The translations under genes and the position numbers were made by a program. This document shows, one piece after another, positions 27,416 to 37,385 of a DNA stretch of 64,000 nucleotides. The stretch's first letter is position 1; every line of letters starts with the position of its first letter. The notes beneath the pieces are model-generated. The model made no database searches. It saw only the letters and a program-made list of their open reading frames with translations, and was not told where the DNA came from. This DNA comes from Acidobacteriota bacterium (lineage in GTDB: Bacteria; Acidobacteriota; UBA6911), in the NCBI GenBank assembly GCA_963664705.1, contig OY761556.1, positions 5,728,001 to 5,792,000 on the forward strand. Reading direction: 5' to 3'.

Positions 27416-29087
27416 CTTCGTGTCAACAGTTTCGGGTCAACCCCAACTCTACGTCCATGTTTGCAAGAGGGATACGCTTAACGAAGCCTACCGGATGGCG
27501 AAAGAAAACGACGGGGCACCGGGGATAGACGGGGTTACGTTCGAAGCCATCGAGGAAAGCGGAGTGGCGAGGTACCTGGAGCAGATACGGGATGAACTGG
27601 TCTCAAACACATATCAGCCCCTGCGGGCACGGAAGAAGGAAATTCCTAAGGACGGGGGCAAGAAAGTCCGCGTTCTGTCAATTCCGGCTATTCGTGATCG
27701 TGTGGTTCAGGGAGCGCTAAAGCTCATCCTGGAGCCAATCTTCGAAGCTGATTTTCAATCGGGGTCGTATGGATATCGTCCGAAACGGACAGCGCATCAA
27801 GCGGTGAACCGAGTGGCACAAGCGATTGTGGAGGGCAAGACGCAAATCATTGACATTGACCTGCGGGCCTACTTCGATAACGTTCAGCACTATCTGCTGT
27901 TAGAGAAGGTGGCTCGGCGGGTACAGGATGATGAGGTCATGCATTTGCTCAAGATGATGCTGCAGGCGACTGGGGGAAAGGGCGTTCCGCAAGGCGGGGT
28001 GATATCGCCGTTGCTCAGTAACCTCTACCTCACAGAGGTAGATCGGATGCTGGGAAAGGCGATCGCCACCACGCGGCGTGGACAATACACCAACGTCCAA
28101 TATGCACGATTCGCGGACGATCTGGTGATCTTGATTGACGCTCATCCGCGGCATGACTGGCTGGTCAAGGCGGTAGAAAAGCGATTGCGGGAGGAGTTGG
28201 CGAAACTACAAGTGGAGATCAATGAGGACAAAAGCAGGATGGTCGATCTGGCGAAGGGGGAGAGTTTTTCATTCCTGGGTTTTGAATTTCGTCGCATTCG
28301 GAGCCGTAATGGGGTGTGGCGACCGTACTATGCGCCGAAGCTGAAGAAGCGGACCGCGCTGTTTGAGAAACTTCGGGAGATCTTCCGACGCAAGGTCAGC
28401 CAGCCCGTAGGAAAAGTGATTGAGATGATCAATCCGATTCTGCGAGGCTGGGTGAATTACTTTCGGATTGGCGATTCAAGTCGGTGTTTCTCAATGGTCA
28501 AGCAATGGGTAAATAAGAAGGTTCGGCGGCATCTGATGCGTGCCCGGGGACGAAAGGGAATGGGCTGGAAACGGTGGAGTAGGGAATGGCTATATACCAC
28601 CTTGGGACTGTTTGATGGTTACCGAGTGAGGCGGCCGTGGTACCCGAAAGCTGCTCCAACCCAACCCGTCACATAAACCTTGCGGCGAAGCAAACAGGAA
28701 AGCCTACTGCGGGAAATCCGCACGGTGGGTTTGATGCGGCGGGGATTGGAACCGGATCTACGGTTCGGTTAGTGAGGCACTCCCAGAGGAAACGGGGAGC
28801 AACGGATAGACTGAACCTACGGGGTACCGCGCCAGTCCTCGACCCTACCGCAAAGAAATCACGCTAAAGTGGTCTCAGCAATTTAGTTGGTTTGCGCATG
28901 AAAAGTTGACCAGTTTCTCGGCCTTTCCTCATTCAGTTCTCTACTTGCTTGTGAATTCAGACGAGATACCATAGTCCCCATTCTTCAGTGAGCATCTAGA
29001 TTACGCTCCCGGGGAAATTGGTGGAAATAAACTGGCACATTAGGTTAATGTCATAGGAATAGTGATGTCCTTGAAAGCAAACAATCG

Positions 29088-29693
29088 GTGCTAGCTAAGA
29101 GGGGATCAATTTCGAAGCCTTCGTCGCAGGAATTGACTTGTCTTTTATTGGCTTGGCGCGACGGAGAACAGGCAGCGCTTGAAAAACTGGCTCCAGTGGT
29201 ACACCAGGAACTCCGGCGACTCGCGCATGCCTACATGCGAGGAGAGCGCAAAGATCATACGCTGCAAATCACGGCCTTGATCAACGAGGCATATCTGTGG
29301 CTACTGGACCATAGAAGAATGGGATGGCAGAACCGGGCGCATTTTTTGCAATCTAAGCCCAGATGATGCGGCACATCCTCGTTGACTATGCTCGCTCGCG
29401 GCGATTCCTGAAGCGCGGCGGGCGGAGCCGAAAAGATCTCGCTGGATGAAAATTGCATCGCCACAGGCGAGCGTAATCCCGATCTGCTTGAACTGGACGA
29501 TGCGCTCAAAGCTCTTGCTGCCGTGGATGAACGGAAAGAGCAGGTTATGGAACTGGGCTACTTTGGCGGGCTGAGCGTGGAAGAGACGGCCGAGGTGCTC
29601 GGAGTATCGCCGGAAACTGTGATGCGCGGCTGGAAGCTGGCCAAAACCTGGCTAGCGCGACAAATGAGAAGCACTCCCAGGACAAACCCATAA
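29088..29693 (+). pseudogene. ECF sigma factor (kinase-associated type), frameshifted
   Basis: LLLAWRDGEQAALEKL...TALINEAY...NRAHF; then MMRHILVDYAR and LDDALKAL...GLSVEETAEVLGVS in other frames; lesions near 29345 and 29420. Confidence 0.8.
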
Positions 29694-32458
29694 TGACAGA
29701 TCGTTGGAAGGATATATCGGAACTGTATCATGCTGCGCTGGGACGGCCGGAGTGTGAGCGTGCGGCCTTTCTTGATGGGTGTGGGGAAGATGAAGAGGTG
29801 CGGCGGGAAGTTGCCTCTCTTCTGGCACATGAAAGCAAGGGCGAAGGCCTGCTGGAACGCCCGCCACTGCAGGTGGCGGCTAGGATTATGGCAAACGAGG
29901 GCCATGATCTTACTCAGCCTTCGGAGTTCACCGGGAATGCAAGGATGCTTCCGGGGCAAGTAGCGCCTGGGGAGATGCTGGGGCCGTACAAGATAGAAGA
30001 GCGGATTGGTCAGGGGGGCATGGGGGAGGTATGGAGAGCCAGCGATACGCGTTTGCGGCGCGATGTGGCGATCAAGACATCGCACGCACACTTCTCGGAT
30101 CGCTTCGAACGGGAAGCACACGCTATCGCGGCACTGAATCATCCGCACATTTGCGCTCTCTATGATGTTGGACCCAATTACCTGGTGATGGAGTTGCTGG
30201 AAGGGGACACGCTGAGAGAGCGGCTGAAGAAGGGTAAACTATCGATTGAGGAAACGCTCAAATGCGGGGCGCAGATTGCGGAGGCGCTGGCGGAGGCGCA
30301 TGAGAAGGGAGTGATCCACAGGGATCTGAAGCCTGGGAATGTGATGCTGACGAAGAATGGTGCAAAGGTTTTGGATTTTGGTCTTGCGAAGTCGACATCG
30401 GATGAATCTCTGACCACGTCCAACATTGTGATGGGGACGCCGGCCTATATGTCGCCGGAGCAGCGCGACGGTAGGGAATGCAGCGCGCGCACGGATCTGT
30501 TCGCGCTGGGGTTACTGCTTTACGAGATGGCTACGGGCAGGCAAATGGCGCCGGGAGTGATGTTGAAGAAGGAACAACTGCCGGACAGACTCATGCGGGT
30601 AATCGAGCGGTGCCTGGCAACCGAACCGGATGAGCGATGGCAATCGGCAAAGGAGGTGTCTGCCGAACTTGCGCGGGCCAGAGAAGAATCCATCGACCCT
30701 AAACAGCAGTTTCGCATTCAAGCCAGGCATGCGGTGGGAATCGCGGCTGTATTACTGCTGCTGATTGCAGGGGGTGTGTTCGTGTGGAAACGGGCGCAGC
30801 CCAAGCCGCTCACCGATCAGGATGTGCTGGTGCTGGCCGATTTCACCAACACTACCAGTGACCCGGTGTTCGATGGAGCGCTCCGCCAGGCGCTGGCATT
30901 CGAGCTGGAACAATCGCCATTTCTGAAGATCATGGACGACCAGCAGGTGAACCAGACGCTCCAACTGATGGGCCGTCCCGTCGGTCAGCGGATCACCAAC
31001 GATATCGCGCACGAGGTGTGTGTGCGGGAGGGGGAGAAAGCAACCATCGGAGGGTCAATCACTCTTTTTACCAAGACCTATCAGATTGCGCTGCAAGCCG
31101 TCAACTGCCAGACCGGCGCGACGCTGGCCCGGGAGCAAGTCGAAGCGGAAGACAAGGATCACGTAATCAAAGCAGTGGCGCAGGCAGCCAGGGGGATGCG
31201 AGCGAAGCTCGGTGAGTCTCTAAGCTCCATCCAGAAGACCGACCGGTTCAGGGGTAATGATGAAGTCTCTACCCAGTCCCTGGAAGCGCTCAAGGCATAC
31301 CAACTCGGAATGGATCTCGTTGGCCAGAATTCGCCCCGTGAGGCAATTCCGCATCTGCAGCGCGCAACCGAGTTGGATCCCAACTTCGCCTCTGCACACC
31401 TTTTCTTGGGTATCGTGTACAGTGACATCAACCAAGCAGCCCGGAGTAAAGAATCCTTCACCAAGGCATTCGCCTTGATCGACCGCGTCAGCGAGCGCGA
31501 ACGCTTCGTGATCTCGGGGGAGTACTACCAATTTGTGACCGGTGAATTGAATAAGGCTCTTGACTCCGCCCAGGTGCTCGTGCGCGCCTACCCACGCTTT
31601 TCAGCTGGGCACCACTTGTTGGCTACTATTTATTCGAAGCGTGGCGAGTCTGATAAGGCGCTGGAGCAACGCCTGGAGGAAGTCCGCCTGGAACCTCATG
31701 TTTTGTTGTTCCGGCTCCTTCTGATAAACGATTATTTGGCCCTCGGCCGCTTCGACGAAGCGAAGGCTGTGTCGGAGCGAGTGGTTGCACAAAAGCAGGA
31801 CAATCCTGCTGTTCACCTAGCTCTGCTGCGCATCGCGTACATGCAGGACGACCCTAGAGCGCAGGAAAAAGAGATTCAATGGTTTGTGGGCCGTCCGGAG
31901 GAATCTCAGGCTCTCACTGCGCGACTCCTCAACGCAATAGTGCACGGGCAGCGGCGCCAGGCGAAGGAAATCTCCCAGCATGGAGTAGAGCTGTTACGGC
32001 GGCAAGGTATCCCCATTCCCCAGTCGACCCTCGCATCGAACTTCGCATCAATCGATGCACTCGTTGGCGACTGCAAAGCGGCCCGCAAAGGGTGGCCAAA
32101 CTTGGGTCCGTGTCCGGATGCGATGGCTTTGCGGATTGCTCAGGAAAAGGCGGCAAAGAATCCACCCCAGAATCCAGAAACGTCGGAATTGCTCTACGAT
32201 CGAGGCTTCGCAGCCCTGACGACAGGCAATGCAACGGCGGCGGCGGTCGAGTTCCAGAAGATTGTTGATCATAAGGGCCGGAACTGGGGACCGTACTACT
32301 CGCCTGCCTATCTGGGCTTGGCTCGTGCCCAAACAATGGCGGGCGACACCGTCAAAGCCAAGCGCGCCTACGAGGACTTCCTCGTCCTGTGGAAAGACGC
32401 CGACAAAGATCTTCCATTTTACATCCAGGCCACCACGGAATTAGCGGAGCTGCACTAG
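29693..32458 (+). CDS. Membrane Ser/Thr protein kinase with C-terminal TPR region
   Basis: GQGGMGEV, VAIK, HRDLKPGN, DFG, GTPAYMSPE; one TM helix; TPR-like helices. Confidence 0.93.
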   Translation: MTDRWKDISELYHAALGRPECERAAFLDGCGEDEEVRREVASLLAHESKGEGLLERPPLQVAARIMANEGHDLTQPSEFTGNARMLPGQVAPGEMLGPYKIEERIGQGGMGEVWRASDTRLRRDVAIKTSHAHFSDRFEREAHAIAALNHPHICALYDVGPNYLVMELLEGDTLRERLKKGKLSIEETLKCGAQIAEALAEAHEKGVIHRDLKPGNVMLTKNGAKVLDFGLAKSTSDESLTTSNIVMGTPAYMSPEQRDGRECSARTDLFALGLLLYEMATGRQMAPGVMLKKEQLPDRLMRVIERCLATEPDERWQSAKEVSAELARAREESIDPKQQFRIQARHAVGIAAVLLLLIAGGVFVWKRAQPKPLTDQDVLVLADFTNTTSDPVFDGALRQALAFELEQSPFLKIMDDQQVNQTLQLMGRPVGQRITNDIAHEVCVREGEKATIGGSITLFTKTYQIALQAVNCQTGATLAREQVEAEDKDHVIKAVAQAARGMRAKLGESLSSIQKTDRFRGNDEVSTQSLEALKAYQLGMDLVGQNSPREAIPHLQRATELDPNFASAHLFLGIVYSDINQAARSKESFTKAFALIDRVSERERFVISGEYYQFVTGELNKALDSAQVLVRAYPRFSAGHHLLATIYSKRGESDKALEQRLEEVRLEPHVLLFRLLLINDYLALGRFDEAKAVSERVVAQKQDNPAVHLALLRIAYMQDDPRAQEKEIQWFVGRPEESQALTARLLNAIVHGQRRQAKEISQHGVELLRRQGIPIPQSTLASNFASIDALVGDCKAARKGWPNLGPCPDAMALRIAQEKAAKNPPQNPETSELLYDRGFAALTTGNATAAAVEFQKIVDHKGRNWGPYYSPAYLGLARAQTMAGDTVKAKRAYEDFLVLWKDADKDLPFYIQATTELAELH

Positions 32459-32789
32459 GTTTCCGATTGTTCTTTACTGAGCCGCTAAGCGCAGAGACCC
32501 ATATCCCGCAGAGATGAACTGTGTATTCCGCGATCGAATCCGGCATTACTAATCCCTGCATTGTCGATCTGGATGATTGGATTAGGCACGGCACGCTCCC
32601 GCCAGTCAACCTTGTACCTCCTCGCGGCTGACGACACCCTTGTCGCTTCAAGAACGCTATCTAGACCATGCTGCCTACGTTTCCCTTGATACCTAGGCCG
32701 CGCATGAACTCCAAGCCGAGCGACTGCTGCTGGAAATGGACGTACAGGCATATATCGCGGCAGCCATGCTGGCTAGCGTTCCGTAATGC

Positions 32790-33150
32790 GGAATTTGCTT
32801 TGTTACCCCTTAGATGGTTCTCTATGGCCACTTCATTCAGGGCGGCATAAGCTTTATGCCCGCACCGAGAACAGGAAATTTGTGGTTTTGCGCAGATACC
32901 AGCAACCCATTCGTTAAGGCATACGGGAGTGTATCCAGATATAGCTTTCTTTCTGTTCTCCCACCGTTTTGCATATACATCGTCCCGACCTTTGAAAAGA
33001 GTCACGTACAATCTGATTTTTTCAGACGCGTCCGAAGTATTGACAGTATTTGAATCGGAAAGCTTGCCGGTTCTTTCATCGGCAGTAATAATGTTGTGTT
33101 GCTCCGGTTCTGATTCCGGTGACTTGGAAATTACCTCCAGGACGAAAACA
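32790..33150 (-). pseudogene. N-terminal fragment of a primase-like (AEP-TOTE type)/DEAD-helicase gene
   Basis: KIRLYVTLFKGRDDVYAKRWE...GYTPVCLNEW...C..C...NHLRG followed by abrupt divergence; boundaries approximate. Confidence 0.65.
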
Positions 33151-33840
33151 TAACCGTGCAAAACATAGCTCAGTATCAAGAAAAACAGAAACCTGCTTTG
33201 TCCTGCAATCCTAACAGTTCCGATGGCGACTCTGGATTCAGACGAACTCTCTGCTTTAGAAAAGGTAACACAAAGGTAACAACCGCAATAAAAACTCCGG
33301 CAAATGTGGTCGCAGCTCAACGCTATTTTTTTGAAAACTCAGGCACGCGTTAAGCAGCCTTGTTGTATTCACCTCTAAGGCTGATGTTCTTTCCTCAAAC
33401 ACTGCCGGCATCCTCAAACAGTCAGACAGTTAGGATGATGGCCTGTTTCTCAGGTTTGCGTGAGAGCTTCTTCGCGGCTTATCCATACTGCTTAATAGTT
33501 GCGGCCGCCTAAGGGTGGAGAGGGATCCCAACATGCGACTTTTGTTTGGACTGACGCCCCCTGTCCAAACGGAATTGCGTGTCTCTTCATCCCGATACCC
33601 TGTACATGGTGACATGTATTGGGGCAAAATGGGTGTCTGCTTTCGGGATGGAAGGAACTACCTGTACATTGGTTTGGAGATGGGAGATAGGAATTCTGAA
33701 TACCCCTATAGTGCAACGCAGATTAGCTGCCTGCGGAAAATTCGAGCGGCGAGGTAAACGGCTCAATGCAGTCTGATCTGCGGCAGTATAGGGACAGCGG
33801 CGCAGCAACTTGCGCCTTGAATAAATATAAAGGGGGATAG

Positions 33841-35085
33841 ATGACGCGCAATTGCACACTAAGGTTGGCGACGCTGGCGGCGATTGTTATGCTGGGGGCC
33901 AGCATGACGGCCAGTGCCGAATGGGTCGCGACTTGGACCGCTTCACCGCATGCACCGCTGAGCACCGAGGGTGCCTTCGGGGCAGCTTCCTACGACAACG
34001 TCACGCTCAGCCAGATCCTGCGCGTCAGCGAAGGTGGCGAACGATTGCGTGTGCGCTTTACGAACCGCTACGGTCCTGCGCCGCTGATCATCGGCGCGGC
34101 ACGCGTGGTGCGCATCGACGATGCGGGCGAGGAAATCCCCCGCACTTCGCGCGGGCTGACCTTCGGCGGCGATGCCGCCGCCGTGATCCCGCGTGGTGCG
34201 CCGTTTGCCAGCGACACCGTGCAGCTTGCGGTGCCGGACCTGTCGCGCCTGAAGGTGGAGTTCTATCTGCCCAAGCCCACCGGCCCGTGTACCTGCCATC
34301 TCACGGGCGTCGATGAACTCGCGGTTTCGCCGCCGGGCAACTATGTCGGCAAGGCATTCACGCCTGCTTCGAAGGCGCAGTTCCGCGCATTCCTCAGTGT
34401 GGTTGAGATCGATTCGCCCCGGGCGCTGGGCACTATCGTGGCCTTCGGCGATTCGATTACCGATGGGGTGGGATCTACGGCTGGCGCCAACCGCCGCTGG
34501 CCGGACATCCTCGCCAACCGTCTGCAGGCCGCCGGCCGGCACTGGGCGGTGGCCAATGCGGCGATTAGCGGCAACCGGATACTCAGTCCCGGCATGGGCG
34601 AATCCGCGCTGGCTCGCTTCGACGAAGACGTGCTGAGCCTTCCCAACGTGAAGTACATCATCGTCTTCGAAGGCGTCAATGATATAGGCAACCGCTTCGG
34701 ACAGCGCGGTCCCAATCAGCCCAACATCCCCGGACTCGACCAGCCCGAGATCACCGTTGAGCAAATGATCGCTGGGTACCGGCAACTCATCGCCCGTGCG
34801 CATGACAAGGGCATTAAGGTGATCGGCTCGCCTATCGGGCCATACAAGGGCGCGTCCTACTGGTCCGAGGAAGGCGAGGCTGCGCGCCAGAAGATCAACG
34901 ACTGGATCCTGAAGGGCGGGGCATTCGACGGCACGGTGCGGCTCGACACGGCTTTCGCCGATCCATCCAATCCACTGCAGATGCGCGAGGGCTATCACAT
35001 GGGTGACCATCTGCACGGCAGCGATGCCGGGCTAAAGGCGGTCGGCGATTTCATCGACCTGTCGTTGTTCGGTGGCAGGAAATAG
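33841..35085 (+). CDS. Secreted SGNH/GDSL hydrolase
   Basis: Signal peptide, WVATW, FGDSITDG, EGVND, GDHLH. Confidence 0.92.
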   Translation: MTRNCTLRLATLAAIVMLGASMTASAEWVATWTASPHAPLSTEGAFGAASYDNVTLSQILRVSEGGERLRVRFTNRYGPAPLIIGAARVVRIDDAGEEIPRTSRGLTFGGDAAAVIPRGAPFASDTVQLAVPDLSRLKVEFYLPKPTGPCTCHLTGVDELAVSPPGNYVGKAFTPASKAQFRAFLSVVEIDSPRALGTIVAFGDSITDGVGSTAGANRRWPDILANRLQAAGRHWAVANAAISGNRILSPGMGESALARFDEDVLSLPNVKYIIVFEGVNDIGNRFGQRGPNQPNIPGLDQPEITVEQMIAGYRQLIARAHDKGIKVIGSPIGPYKGASYWSEEGEAARQKINDWILKGGAFDGTVRLDTAFADPSNPLQMREGYHMGDHLHGSDAGLKAVGDFIDLSLFGGRK

Positions 35086-35183
35086 CACGAGAGCTGTCCC
35101 GGCCACGGGTTGTGTGTAGCCAAAACTCCGTGAGACAGCAAAATCAGACAGTTAACGAGGGTTCCTGAATTGCCCGTTGTAAA

Positions 35184-35307
35184 CTCTGGGCTACCTTTTT
35201 TCAAAATCACCGGGAAGTCATCGCGGCCATGGACTTCTTCACCGTGCCAACCCTCGCGTTCCGAGTCTTGTACTGGTTCTTTGTTATCGAACATGCGCCG
35301 CCTCCGC
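35184..35307 (+). pseudogene. Fragment of an integrase-core transposase
   Basis: Translates NHREVIAAMDFFTVPTLAFRVLYWFFVIEH. Confidence 0.6.
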
Positions 35308-35633
35308 TGACTGATTATTGCCCTGTTCGCACTAATCAGTCTTACTTCTAATGAACAATCAACGCCTTACCCGAGGAGGCAGTATCGGGAACTCTTCCGA
35401 AGCGAAGGTCCTGTGTGAGCGACTGCCGAACGGAATTTTCATGGTGTGCCAGTTTTTTGAACTCATTCCGGCTTTGGTTAGTGGCGAAGGCATTTTATCT
35501 TTTTTGTTGTGGGGTTGGTTCAAGACGTGTAAAAACCGAGGAGGCGGGTGCCCGTTAAACGAATCGCTTCAACAGGTAAGAGGTCTTAGCCCGGATCACT
35601 ATCGGGAACAGCCCTTGGCGCAAGCAATCGGTT

Positions 35634-36395
35634 ATGGGGATAACCGTGGTAGTGTATAAAATCTTTGGAAAATTTCTTATGAGGTACTTTTCAATGTTAA
35701 AAATCTCCATGTTCACATTTTTGATCCCCGCAATATTCCTCATGGCTGTAGCGACCACGCTTCGGGCCGCGGATTCATCTCCACTCAGGGTCCTGTTTAT
35801 CGGCAACAGTCACACTATGGTCAACGATGTGCCCGAACTGTTTGCCCGGCTTGCAAAGCAGTCCGGCATTCAGGTCGAGAAACAAATGATAGCTGAAGGA
35901 GGTAAAACACTCGAATATCATGCCGGAACCGAGGTCGTAAAGGAGCACATTCTGCAGGGCAAGTATGACTGGATTGTGCTTCAGCACTGGGCTCATCCGT
36001 TCACCGAGGCTTATGCCAAGAGTATGGAAAATGGCAGCAGACAGCTCTTCGAAATGATAAAGCAGACAAGATCCAAGGTGGTCTTTTACAAGCCGTGGCC
36101 CAGGAAATCAACCGCGCCCGGCGAGTACCCGCTTATGTCTGCAACATATGCGCAACTGGCAAAGCAATACAATGCGGTTGTTGCCAATGTCGGGGACGTG
36201 TTCGAAAAGTACAGGGCATTGTATCCGGGCGAGATGATGTATGCCAATGACGGTGAGCACGCTTCCATGCTTACCTCAAATATCGCGGCCTATGTGATCC
36301 TGCGGACCATCACGGGAAACAAACCCATCTGCGTCACAGCAGAAGAAAAGAAGATTGAGGCCGCCTGTGATGCCTTCCTTTCCGATACAAAATAG
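35634..36395 (+). CDS. Secreted SGNH-family hydrolase (start probably downstream)
   Basis: VLFIGNSHT, WIVLQ, DGEH. Confidence 0.82.
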   Translation: MGITVVVYKIFGKFLMRYFSMLKISMFTFLIPAIFLMAVATTLRAADSSPLRVLFIGNSHTMVNDVPELFARLAKQSGIQVEKQMIAEGGKTLEYHAGTEVVKEHILQGKYDWIVLQHWAHPFTEAYAKSMENGSRQLFEMIKQTRSKVVFYKPWPRKSTAPGEYPLMSATYAQLAKQYNAVVANVGDVFEKYRALYPGEMMYANDGEHASMLTSNIAAYVILRTITGNKPICVTAEEKKIEAACDAFLSDTK

Positions 36396-36481
36396 GAAAG
36401 AGACGCAGGGGAAGTAGTGGCCAACCGGGTCAACTGTCGGAAACAGCCCTTCCCAAAAGTAATCTGTTTTACAAACCCCAT

Positions 36482-36706
36482 TTGACGGTTAACCCGCTTG
36501 GTATTTATGTCACGGGGAATGGCGTGAGAGTCCCTGGCGTGAAAGCCCCCGTGACACTTTGCATAGGGCCGATTATGGCAACGGACGGGACCGCGAAGTG
36601 TTTGTATCAGGCACTCCCCGCTTCGGGGAAGCTGAAGATTGAGATGCAGGATGGATCTATTCAAGAGATAGACTTGAAAAACGTGAAGCAGATGACGGTT
36701 GAGTGA
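36482..36706 (+). pseudogene. 5'-truncated paralogue of the satellite gene 17952-18302
   Basis: GNGVR..VTLCxGPI..IxMQDGxxQEIDLxxVKxMTV is shared. Confidence 0.75.
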
Positions 36707-36798
36707 TGGAGGTGGGACTCCCATGGATACTGCTTGCATTTCAGTGAAGCCATTCTGCACAATGGAAGAAATAGAGGGCTAAGTTAATCACAACCAAG

Positions 36799-37152
36799 GT
36801 GCAGCTAATGGGTTCACTGAATAGTCCCCCGATCTTATTTGCTACAGTCCTTTCGTCTTGCTTATTAATCCATTTCACCCTGAAGTGGCTGAGATTTCTG
36901 CGGGAAATACGGTTTAGGGCTACTCATGATGTTCCAGCTTTGATTACGGGGCTTTGGAAGCTGGTTGCCAGTTTCTTCGCGATTGGATTGTTGGACGGTT
37001 GGCTTGCATCGTATTTCTACAAGACCTACTACGGAATCCGGGGTGCATATCGTTTGGAAGTGCCGATTCCATGGGTTTGGCTGGTGGGGATATTGACCAT
37101 AGTAATTTTTTACGGGAGAGGGTTGTTAGATACGAAAAGGCTTCAATCCTGA
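36799..37152 (+). CDS. Hypothetical 3-TM membrane protein
   Basis: Three hydrophobic segments; lies inside the satellite relic. Confidence 0.55.
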   Translation: MQLMGSLNSPPILFATVLSSCLLIHFTLKWLRFLREIRFRATHDVPALITGLWKLVASFFAIGLLDGWLASYFYKTYYGIRGAYRLEVPIPWVWLVGILTIVIFYGRGLLDTKRLQS

Positions 37153-37236
37153 CTAAGTCCAATAAAGATACTCAAAGTCCCCTCTACGCATAATTACCAG
37201 ATTCTCCGCCCGCCTGTCCGCCCTTAGACGCATAGC

Positions 37237-37337
37237 TAATATCGGGATCTTCCCCGGAACTGCATTCCGCTGAGCTTGAGCAAGCCACTGCTTCAGGGTC
37301 TTGGGGTAGTTGGCTTCAGACCTTTGCTTGCACTCGA
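37237..37337 (-). pseudogene. Fragment of the satellite resolvase-like gene
   Basis: About 100 bp highly similar to 18498-18598. Confidence 0.85.
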
Positions 37338-37385
37338 CACTGCCACCGATAGACCGAACCTCCTGTAAAGAACTGTGAGTGCCTA

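Larger units (their letters stand above)
26194..27445 (+). mobile_element. IS3-family insertion sequence (1252 bp)
   Basis: Imperfect terminal IRs (TGACCCGA..GTTGACA / TGTCAAC..TCGGGTCA), 3-bp TSD ACT at 26191-26193 and 27446-27448, orfA/orfB organisation. Confidence 0.93.
26105..28676 (+). pseudogene. ltrA: Group II intron reverse transcriptase/maturase interrupted by IS3
   Basis: MTKAPSSLQDLRR...RFWG|LYVHVCK is restored when the IS is removed; RT motifs PGIDG, GVPQGG, RFADD; domain X NPILRGWVNYF. Confidence 0.92.
25593..28848 (+). mobile_element. Group II intron (RT/maturase-encoding, no endonuclease domain)
   Basis: 5' end GTATG (variant of GUGYG); domain V AAAGCCTACTGCGGGAAATCCGCACGGTGGGTTT at 28699-28732; domain VI ending GACCCTAC; the joined exons restore a repeat matching 33261-33288. 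Confidence 0.9.
25533..33290. mobile_element. Decayed integrative element D (no integrase or right att found)
   Basis: Arm-like repeat AAAGGTAACA-x-AAAGGTA(A/G)CA at 25570-25590 and 33261-33281, positioned like the arm repeats of elements B and C. Confidence 0.55.

Noticed and set aside
27318-28676. RT as a retron, DGR or defence RT
   Set aside because: Domain X and the flanking ribozyme domains V/VI identify a group II intron; the listed ORF start lies inside the IS3
29340-29430. Programmed frameshift in the ECF sigma gene
   Set aside because: Several independent lesions, including a stop codon, indicate decay
33290-33460. A fourth tRNA-Ala att copy closing element D
   Set aside because: No recognisable match was found downstream of the right arm repeat
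33943-35016. 357-aa antisense ORF
   Set aside because: Shadow of the GC-rich SGNH hydrolase gene
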